A stretch of 32,000 bases of DNA from Clostridium cylindrosporum DSM 605 (GTDB taxonomy: Bacteria; Bacillota; Clostridia; Clostridiales; Caloramatoraceae): NCBI RefSeq assembly GCF_001047375.1, contig NZ_LFVU01000004.1:168513-200512 (forward strand), given 5' to 3'. The notes beneath the pieces were generated by a model. The model saw only the letters and a list, made by a program, of their open reading frames with translations, was not told the DNA's origin and did no database searches. Positions 1 through 7,101 of this stretch are shown here, piece by piece. Positions within the stretch are counted from its first letter, which is position 1. Each line of letters opens with the position of its first letter. The translations under genes were made by a program, and so were the position numbers.

Positions 1-85
1 CACCAAACTATATGATACTGAATTACATAGACATATCCTCGTCCGTGTTTAACTTCTAACATTTAAAACAACATCTATCAGTATA

Positions 86-155
86 TTAACATATGTAATT
101 ATCGAAATGAAGTAAACTCAGTGAAGTAACACTTTTATCTAATTACATATGTTAA
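86..155. repeat. Perfect 16-bp inverted repeat (TTAACATATGTAATTA / TAATTACATATGTTAA) with a 38-nt spacer in an ORF-free region
   Basis: 86-101 is the exact reverse complement of 140-155. There is no ORF >=60 aa in 1-513. Confidence 0.6.
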
Positions 156-513
156 AAGTCAATGTGGCATTCATCTCCGCACTGAAGTAGCGAGTATTCT
201 GCCGTGGGAGATAAATTATTATATAACACTAAAGCTATAATTAATAACCAAGTTTATGAATTACTTTAAATATAATTATTATGAAAAATATTACTTCAAA
301 AGTTTTACTCATTTACCATTTACTATTTGATTAATTTAAAGAAATATGGATAAAATATAATATAGCTTTATTTTGTATGCTGTTTATCTTCATACAAAGT
401 TTAGAGATATGATCCGTTAGGAATAGTTTATTTTTTATATCATTGGATATGATTATGAATATACTAATCCTAGGCTTATTACATTATTTTTTTGAATATA
501 AGGAGGCATAACT

Positions 514-702
514 ATGAAAGCAAGTGTTAATGAAGATCTATGCATTGGATGTGGACTATGTCCATCTATAGCACCACAAGTTTTCGCTCTTAACGATAAC
601 GGTAAGGCTGAAGCTATAGTAGAAGAAGTTCCAGGAGATTATGAAGATGAAGCTGCTGAAGCACGTTCAAGCTGCCCAGTTGATGCAATCGACGTACACT
701 AG
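514..702 (+). CDS. Small single-cluster 4Fe-4S (or 3Fe-4S) ferredoxin, 62 aa
   Basis: CIGCGLCP...SCPVDAI cysteine pattern. Strong SD AAGGAGG 7 nt upstream of the ATG. Acidic composition typical of ferredoxins. Confidence 0.9.
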   Translation: MKASVNEDLCIGCGLCPSIAPQVFALNDNGKAEAIVEEVPGDYEDEAAEARSSCPVDAIDVH

Positions 703-732
703 AATCTAATCTATACTGATTTTATTTTACAT

Positions 733-771
733 GACAGAAGGTAGAAGTCCACTGGACTCCTACCTTCTGTC
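733..771 (+). terminator. Hairpin downstream of the ferredoxin gene (probable intrinsic terminator, weak T-tract)
   Basis: GACAGAAGGTAG (733-744) pairs with CTACCTTCTGTC (760-771), with an inner AGTCC/GGACT stem. The trailing T-run is interrupted. Confidence 0.5.
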
Positions 772-856
772 TATTAGTCATCATTTTATATTTTACATTT
801 AAAGATGTATTTACTTCATTAGATACTGTTACATTATATACCATTTTAGTAATATT

Positions 857-1645
857 TTAAAGTTCATTTTCAAACTTATTATCATTAGGTCTTATTTTCC
901 ACTTAGGCTTTACATTCTTATCACAAAGAATAACTATATTAAGAATTATCCAAGGAATACTTATAACTATTAAGAGAAGTATTATAATCATACTTACAAT
1001 TAGAAATTCTATTCTTGGTGAAATTCCAGTATGATGACCCTCAAGTGTAAAACATTCATATAAATACAAGCATATACCTGTTCCTATAATGCTAGAAACA
1101 AGTACAATTTTTTTAAATACTAAGTTTTCACGCCATATATCATAAATTCCTATCCTAATAAAATACTCCCTGTTAACATAGAAAATATATACCCATAATA
1201 ATTGAAGCACTCTTCCTGGAATTAAGAATATAAACGTTAACCAGGGACTAGTATTCAGTGTAGAAAAATCAAAATGAAAAATATTAATAAGAATCTGTAA
1301 TGTAAATATCTCTGCTATCATAAATAGAATATGTATAAACATGCAAGTAGAAAACACCTTACATAATTGCCTTGATTTTGTTAAAATGGTAATTAAAGCA
1401 AATGATAATAGTATGTTAATTACAACCCTAACATTAAAACTTAACTTCATGGCATGTATTTCTATATTAAATACAACTACACAAGGTATTACATATGTAA
1501 AGATTATTCTTAACATACTATTCTTAATTTTATCTTTACTTAGAAACTCATACTTACCCATGGCTATTAAAATCATTATACATGCTAAAAATTCCTCTGG
1601 AATACCTATAATAAACATTTTTAATAATATCTCATTAAAAGACAA
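857..1645 (-). CDS. Polytopic (~7 TM) membrane protein, paralog 1 of 3, unknown family
   Basis: 262-aa ORF with a TTG start 5 nt after the SD GAGGTG. Shares IPEE (res 15-18), LPGR and C-terminal IPWI motifs with the two upstream paralogs. Confidence 0.75.
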   Translation of the reverse strand: MSFNEILLKMFIIGIPEEFLACIMILIAMGKYEFLSKDKIKNSMLRIIFTYVIPCVVVFNIEIHAMKLSFNVRVVINILLSFALITILTKSRQLCKVFSTCMFIHILFMIAEIFTLQILINIFHFDFSTLNTSPWLTFIFLIPGRVLQLLWVYIFYVNREYFIRIGIYDIWRENLVFKKIVLVSSIIGTGICLYLYECFTLEGHHTGISPRIEFLIVSMIIILLLIVISIPWIILNIVILCDKNVKPKWKIRPNDNKFENEL

Positions 1646-1710
1646 TTTATCACCTCAATGCATATGCACATAGCTCTATAGCTTTCTTAGTGTATTTTTT
1701 AATTACTCCC

Positions 1711-2475
1711 TTAAACCTCTTCACTTTCCTTAATTCTATGTTTGTATTTTTCCTTAGGGAATACAGACATTAAAGTTATCCATGGGATCATAATATTTAA
1801 AGCCACTAGTGCAAGTACTATTACAACTATCATTAACTGTAAATTCTCTGCAAGTAAAACAAGAGACCTTTTTACTACAAAATAATTATATAAAATTATA
1901 AGTATAATTAAATTTACAGAAGCTGGTATAAGTATACTACTTCTATAAAACTGGTTATCTCTCCAAAGCCTTGCAACATCAACACTTACTAAGGCATTTT
2001 TCTTTAAATATAGGAAGTATACTATCCCATATTGTATAATTCTTTCTGGTAATGTTATAAGGAAGTTTACTCCTGGATAGAAATCCAAGGTTGAAACATC
2101 AATTTTTAGTAGGTATACAACAATCAAGAAAGTTATTATATCTTGAATAAAGATAAGCACAAATACCATTAAGGAGAAGGAAGTCACCTTTTTCACATCC
2201 TTAGACTTTAATAAGATAAGCATAAGAATTGAAAATATTGTAACATTAGTAATTACCCTTAAATGCATATCTAGTTTCAATACAAATATATTAGTGCTAA
2301 ATATTACTACACAGGGAACTACCACAACAATCATTATTTTAATTAAATTTTTTCTTATAGAATATCTATCCAATAAATCATATCTGCCTATCCACATAAT
2401 AGTCATAAGGGTTATAACTAATTCCTCAGGTATTGAAATCAAAATCATATTCAATAATATATAATATAATGACAC
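1711..2475 (-). CDS. Polytopic (~7 TM) membrane protein, paralog 2 of 3, unknown family
   Basis: 254-aa ORF with a GTG start 5 nt after the SD GAGGTG. Carries the same IPEE / LPER / IPWI landmarks. Confidence 0.8.
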   Translation of the reverse strand: MSLYYILLNMILISIPEELVITLMTIMWIGRYDLLDRYSIRKNLIKIMIVVVVPCVVIFSTNIFVLKLDMHLRVITNVTIFSILMLILLKSKDVKKVTSFSLMVFVLIFIQDIITFLIVVYLLKIDVSTLDFYPGVNFLITLPERIIQYGIVYFLYLKKNALVSVDVARLWRDNQFYRSSILIPASVNLIILIILYNYFVVKRSLVLLAENLQLMIVVIVLALVALNIMIPWITLMSVFPKEKYKHRIKESEEV

Positions 2476-2660
2476 TACATCACCTCAATATCCTTAGGTT
2501 AACGTAATTCCCGAAGGTAATTATATCCTAGGAAATTCAAAATACAAAGCACTTTCTACCACTTACAACAAAACCTCTCAGCATACTACAAATTCCCTTA
2601 ACTCTCTACATATTTCTTCACATTAATTTAATAAATTTTATGGGTATGTTAATTTTAAGT

Positions 2661-2711
2661 ATAATAAAAAGTACACCTATAGTAATTAACTTAATAACCC
2701 TATAGGTGTAC
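2661..2711 (-). terminator. Intrinsic terminator after paralog 3
   Basis: 12-bp perfect stem GTACACCTATAG/CTATAGGTGTAC (2671-2682 / 2700-2711), followed on the minus strand by TTTTTATTAT. Confidence 0.75.
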
Positions 2712-2722
2712 TCTTTATTATA

Positions 2723-3484
2723 CTAGTTTTCCTTTTTGCTTACATTGCTTCTATACCTTTCACTGGGGTATATTGTAAGGATAATGATCCACGGTAGCAT
2801 AAAATTCAATATTAATAGGACAAAAATAATTGTAACAATAAGTATTTGAGTGTTTTGTAGTAAACATTTCAATGAGTTATTATTTATAAAACTACTATAT
2901 ATAATCATACATATAAATATATTTATAATAGAATATATTATTGTAGTAATCCTCAATGGAAAGTTTCCCATCCAGACCTTCATTATCTTAAACTCTGACA
3001 TAGAGTTTTTCTTAAGATAAATTAAGTAGATTATAGTAAACTCAATTATTCTCCCAGGTAAAGTTAACTTAAAATTCATTATAGCAGATTGGTTTATTAT
3101 ATCTCCGTCTAAACTAAGTACATAAAAAATCATACCTACTGTTGTTAGCTGTATTATCATAAACACTACCACACTAAAAAGCAAATACATAACTACCTTA
3201 AAGACCTTCTTTGTCTTTAACAGTATACATATCATTATCACCATACTTAATATGTTTATAATTAGATTAAGGTTCTCATTAATATGTAAAACATATACCA
3301 TTATATTAGATAGAATAGCGCTAGGTACTACTACTATAGATAGAACCTTAATTAAATTAATCTTTAATAAATACTTATCTATGTAATCAAACCTTTTCAT
3401 AAATATTAATGCCATAGCTACTATAAAAATCTCCTCAGGAATTGAGCATAATAGTATATTTAACACTATATCATTGGTTGTCAA
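2723..3484 (-). CDS. Polytopic (~7 TM) membrane protein, paralog 3 of 3, unknown family
   Basis: 253-aa ORF with a TTG start after the SD AGAGGTGAT. Carries IPEE / LPGR / LPWI landmarks. Confidence 0.8.
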   Translation of the reverse strand: MTTNDIVLNILLCSIPEEIFIVAMALIFMKRFDYIDKYLLKINLIKVLSIVVVPSAILSNIMVYVLHINENLNLIINILSMVIMICILLKTKKVFKVVMYLLFSVVVFMIIQLTTVGMIFYVLSLDGDIINQSAIMNFKLTLPGRIIEFTIIYLIYLKKNSMSEFKIMKVWMGNFPLRITTIIYSIINIFICMIIYSSFINNNSLKCLLQNTQILIVTIIFVLLILNFMLPWIIILTIYPSERYRSNVSKKEN

Positions 3485-3609
3485 AATATCACCTCTATGT
3501 AAAACACTTATTACATACCATCCTTATAATAATTATAAACCACTTAAATGAATAACAAAAGAATTTCCCAATTTTTATAAATATTTTCCACATAATTCTG
3601 TAATCTTAT

Positions 3610-3654
3610 ACACAAAAAGGTTAACCTATAGACTACAATCTACAAGTTAACCTT
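3610..3654 (-). terminator. Intrinsic terminator after the 188-aa gene
   Basis: AAGGTTAAC (3617-3625) pairs with GTTAACCTT (3646-3654). A TTTTGTG run follows on the minus strand. Confidence 0.7.
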
Positions 3655-3682
3655 TTCTTACATAAACACCTATATGTTAATA

Positions 3683-4249
3683 CTATTCGTTTAAAAGTAT
3701 TAATTGATCAAGAATCTTCTTGGCATTTACAGATGATTCTGCATCACTTACCTCAATACCCATATATGTATTAAGTAACTTAGGAGTATTTTTACTTTCT
3801 ATTATATTAACCTTAATCTTATCACTTTTATCCCTTATCTTCTCAGCTCTTTCTAAACTCTCTCTATAATTAAGTGCCTCTCTATCTGGTATTCTAATTA
3901 CTACAGTATCCTTCTCCCTAACAAGATTACTCCTGTTAAATTCGATTATATTGTAGTTAATACTATCCTTAGAATCCTCCTTAATAACATTCTCAACATC
4001 ACTTACAGAATCAAGAGATCCTAGAATCTTTATATTCATATGTTTAGCAAGCTTTTCCCCAAGTCCCTTTAGGATATTCTCTGTTTCCTTGGAGTTTTCC
4101 TTATTGGTAGTAAAAAGAATTATACCCCTCATACCTTGATTCATTACAGACTCACTTTCAATCTTATTTATAATATACATAAGATACCCAACAGCAAGTA
4201 CCGTGAAAGAAATCACCAAGCCTACAACAAGAATCTTAAACTTCCTCAT
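3683..4249 (-). CDS. N-terminally membrane-anchored protein of unknown function, 188 aa
   Basis: ATG start with SD (GGAGGG on the minus strand). One N-terminal TM helix followed by a charged soluble domain. No recognisable motif. Confidence 0.7.
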   Translation of the reverse strand: MRKFKILVVGLVISFTVLAVGYLMYIINKIESESVMNQGMRGIILFTTNKENSKETENILKGLGEKLAKHMNIKILGSLDSVSDVENVIKEDSKDSINYNIIEFNRSNLVREKDTVVIRIPDREALNYRESLERAEKIRDKSDKIKVNIIESKNTPKLLNTYMGIEVSDAESSVNAKKILDQLILLNE

Positions 4250-4415
4250 ATACCCTCCATAAAAGTATTTGCTATAACCAATATATGAAGGGAGAATTTA
4301 GATTATGAATGGAAGAGTAAGCGTCTTGCAAGTAGTTAAGATTAATGTATAAATAAGACTTTTATACCTATCTGAAAAGTCATATCAAAAATCTTATCTC
4401 TAGTGTAATATTGTT

Positions 4416-4655
4416 TAAATAGGATTAGTTTCATGCGAAAACTAGGGCTATCAAAACCGATGTGCTTGAGCTGACTGCTAGATATTCTTAACGAAAGTAT
4501 TAATTTTAGCCTTAGTATGGCTGCATGTTTGAGCCTTTAGGCGAGTTTGCGCCAAACTTAGGCTAAAGTTAATACTGAGTTTTAGAATATCTGCAGGCAA
4601 TCTCACCGCATTGAGGTTTTGATAGCCCTAGTTGTAGCTTCACTTACCCTATTTA
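4416..4655 (+). repeat. Long-hairpin repeat element, copy 1 (divergent; apex on + strand)
   Basis: Perfect 19-bp outer stem AACTAGGGCTATCAAAACC (4440-4458) / GGTTTTGATAGCCCTAGTT (4615-4633). Apex GCATGTTTGAGCCTTTAGGCGAGTTTGCG at 4523-4551. Terminal motifs TAAATAGGATTAGTTTC ... CTTACCCTATTTA. Confidence 0.7.
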
Positions 4656-5431
4656 AACTTAATATGAAACTCCCAATCTCCACTTTTATAGTTTCCTGAG
4701 ACTTCATATTTTGTTACTTTACCTTCTTTATCCCTAACTGATATAACAGCTTCACTTGATGTGTTGTTATATTTTCCTGTTTTTACTTCTATACTATAAT
4801 CGAAGTTTTTAGAATCAGTTGGGAAATTTACTGATATTTTATTTGCACTTACACTGTTTAGAATACTCTTTTGGTCTACTGAGGTTATTGACCTTGTAAC
4901 TGAATAGTCCTTACCTATATCAGCTACAACCTTGCTTCCCTCTTTCATTCCATGCTTCTTTATAATTGTGCTAATAAGGGATATGTAATACTCTGGTACA
5001 TTTACTAGGTCGTTTTTCTTCATAAGTCTTTTCATGAATATGTCTTCTATACTTCTCGATATTCTGTATAGCTTTCCATTCATGTCTATAAGGTTAGCCT
5101 CACTTGAATCCGTAACCCCTGCTATATACTTAAAGTTACCAACACTTCTAGTTCCATCATATAGCTCAAATACGAAGTCAGGCTCAAGTCCTGGATCTTC
5201 CTTGGCTATTCTAGCCTTTTCTATATATCCCTTGAATCTTTCCATACTCTTTTTATCTATAATCGTATATCTTCCCGCATATCTCGCATTGGTAATTGTT
5301 ATTCTTTCTATTTGTGCATTTTGCATAGCTTTCTTGATTTCTACTGCACTACCACCACCTGAACAAGCAGAAAGTAGTATAGTAAATATTAAAATAGCTA
5401 CTATGGATATTGTTTTTTTCAATTTTCTCAC
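4649..5431 (-). CDS. Lipoprotein of unknown function, 260 aa
   Basis: Signal peptide with lipobox LLSAC followed by SGGG. The start directly abuts the stop of the upstream GNAT gene. Confidence 0.85.
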   Translation of the reverse strand: MRKLKKTISIVAILIFTILLSACSGGGSAVEIKKAMQNAQIERITITNARYAGRYTIIDKKSMERFKGYIEKARIAKEDPGLEPDFVFELYDGTRSVGNFKYIAGVTDSSEANLIDMNGKLYRISRSIEDIFMKRLMKKNDLVNVPEYYISLISTIIKKHGMKEGSKVVADIGKDYSVTRSITSVDQKSILNSVSANKISVNFPTDSKNFDYSIEVKTGKYNNTSSEAVISVRDKEGKVTKYEVSGNYKSGDWEFHIKFK

Positions 5432-5968
5432 CTACTTTAGTGTTTTTCCCATTAGATAAATATCGTAGAACCTACTATCTACAAGCATACCCTTTGATAT
5501 TCTTCCCTCTATCTGAAATCCGAACTTTAGGTAAAGGCTTATTGCTGGTATATTGTCTTCTCTAACTAATAGGTCTATCTTCTTAGTTATTCCGTTTGAC
5601 TTAGCCCACTTTAGGAAACAGTCCATAAGAGCCTTTCCAACACCTACTCCCCAAAAGTCTTTAAGTACTGCTATACCCATTTCCCCTCTATGTTCCATTC
5701 GTTTTCTACTTGAAGATAAAAAAGTAACAGATGCTACTATCTTACCATCTATTATCCCAACTAAAAAGCACGAATTTCTGGAATCTTTCAATCTACTTAT
5801 ATATGAATACTGTTGATCATAGGTCATGTAATATTCTCCTTTAGAGTAGGAAAGATTACTCGTTTCACCTGCAACCTGATTGGAAATATTCAAAATTTCC
5901 TCAGTATCTTCAACAACTGCCTTTCTTATACAAAGGCTTTTTGAATTTTTTAGAGTATATATATACAA
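5432..5968 (-). CDS. GNAT family N-acetyltransferase, 178 aa
   Basis: Acetyl-CoA binding motif region VLKDFWGVGVGKALMD and overall GNAT-like length and pattern. Confidence 0.88.
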   Translation of the reverse strand: MYIYTLKNSKSLCIRKAVVEDTEEILNISNQVAGETSNLSYSKGEYYMTYDQQYSYISRLKDSRNSCFLVGIIDGKIVASVTFLSSSRKRMEHRGEMGIAVLKDFWGVGVGKALMDCFLKWAKSNGITKKIDLLVREDNIPAISLYLKFGFQIEGRISKGMLVDSRFYDIYLMGKTLK

Positions 5969-6252
5969 CGTCTTCTCCCCTTTAGTCTATAGATTTAGAT
6001 TCCCTACTTCCTAGTAAACCCTTAATGCTAGAAAGTCATGGATTATTCCATGTATAGAAACTCTAGTATAAATTTCATTCTAATAACTTTAATCGCCTAT
6101 CTAGAAGATATTCTTCATAAAATATTCTAGAAATAAAATTACACCTTAATAGAATTTATCTTCTACATGATTGATATCATTTCCTTGTTTTTTAATATGA
6201 AGTATATTCGCATATAGCACTTTTGGTGTATAAGAGGAAAAATTAGTCTCGT

Positions 6253-6570
6253 TTACTTATTCTTTATGTAAATTTGTTTACCATCTTTAAGTATGTTCTC
6301 TTTAAGACCATCCTTTTTTATATCCTCAAAATTTATAAGATCTACTGTATATATTATATCAAGTTCATAAATTGCATCTCTTAGTAAATTAAGTCTAGTA
6401 GAAGTTATTCTAGTTCCAAACAAAGCTATATCTATATCCGATGTAGTTTTATAGTCTCCTCTTGCCCTAGACCCAAAAATCATAGCCTTCTCTATCTCTT
6501 GAAATTTTTCTAACTGCTTTACTATGGACCCTATTACATAATCTTTAAGACCAAACATCATCATCAACAA
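6253..6570 (-). CDS. Minimal nucleotidyltransferase (MNT) domain protein, putative antitoxin of a HEPN/MNT module
   Basis: GSRARGDYKTTSDIDIALF matches the GSx(n)DxD polymerase-beta-type NTase motif. 105 aa. Overlaps the upstream HEPN gene. Confidence 0.85.
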   Translation of the reverse strand: MLMMMFGLKDYVIGSIVKQLEKFQEIEKAMIFGSRARGDYKTTSDIDIALFGTRITSTRLNLLRDAIYELDIIYTVDLINFEDIKKDGLKENILKDGKQIYIKNK

Positions 6571-6967
6571 CCTTCATGCTTAATATATTCTTCATATTCT
6601 CAAGCTCACAAAAATATTTATCTATTATTTTTTTATAAATAATTTCTACCAATTCCTCATCATAAACATGTGATGTAAGATTTCTATCCTTAAGCATATC
6701 TATCCATAGTTCCCCATCACTGATAAGTCCATACTTAAATCCTTCTCTGAATGTAGAGCGAGGACTTTTAGCTTCTTCTATACCTTCATTTTCTAAAAAT
6801 ACCTTCATAGACTTCCAGCACAGCTCATATGTAAACTCAAATCTTTGAATTACTCCATCCTTTAAAACTGTTGATTCTACATTATTACTACTTTCCTCTA
6901 TAGCTTCCTTAAGTCTCAAAACTGCTCTACTAAAATCATCAATTCTTTCTTCCCATCTCTTACTCAT
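6545..6967 (-). CDS. HEPN-domain protein (HI0074-like nucleotidyltransferase substrate-binding family), putative toxin
   Basis: 140 aa, predicted helical, with an Rx4H motif (RNLTSH) near the C-terminus. Paired with the MNT gene. Confidence 0.85.
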   Translation of the reverse strand: MSKRWEERIDDFSRAVLRLKEAIEESSNNVESTVLKDGVIQRFEFTYELCWKSMKVFLENEGIEEAKSPRSTFREGFKYGLISDGELWIDMLKDRNLTSHVYDEELVEIIYKKIIDKYFCELENMKNILSMKVVDDDVWS

Positions 6968-7050
6968 AACCTTCTTAACCGCCCTTTTATATAATCAATT
7001 CTCACTAAAATAATTATATCATTCTTTAGAACCTAAAACATATTCATCTC

Positions 7051-7088
7051 TATAAAAAAGGACCGTTGACAGTACTTGTCAACAGTCC
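7051..7088 (-). terminator. Intrinsic terminator after the His-rich protein gene
   Basis: GGACCGTTGACA / TGTCAACAGTCC stem (7060-7071 / 7077-7088), with TTTTTTAT following on the minus strand. Confidence 0.75.
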
Positions 7089-7101
7089 TCTATAATTATT
7101 A

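Noticed and set aside
279-332. 17-codon mini-ORF (MKNITSKVLLIYHLLFD) in the leader before the ferredoxin gene
   Set aside because: It has no ribosome-binding site and lies in AT-rich sequence where such short frames arise by chance.
1341-1673. Shadow ORFs antisense to confident genes (1341-1673, 5034-5459, 5553-5816, 10048-10260, 10961-11389, 11769-12140, 12951-13397, 13942-14322, 14963-15301, 18581-19321, 21555-22028, 22527-22975 and others)
   Set aside because: Each lies wholly within a longer ORF on the opposite strand that has recognisable motifs or a strong SD. Their translations are low-complexity and they have no start context.
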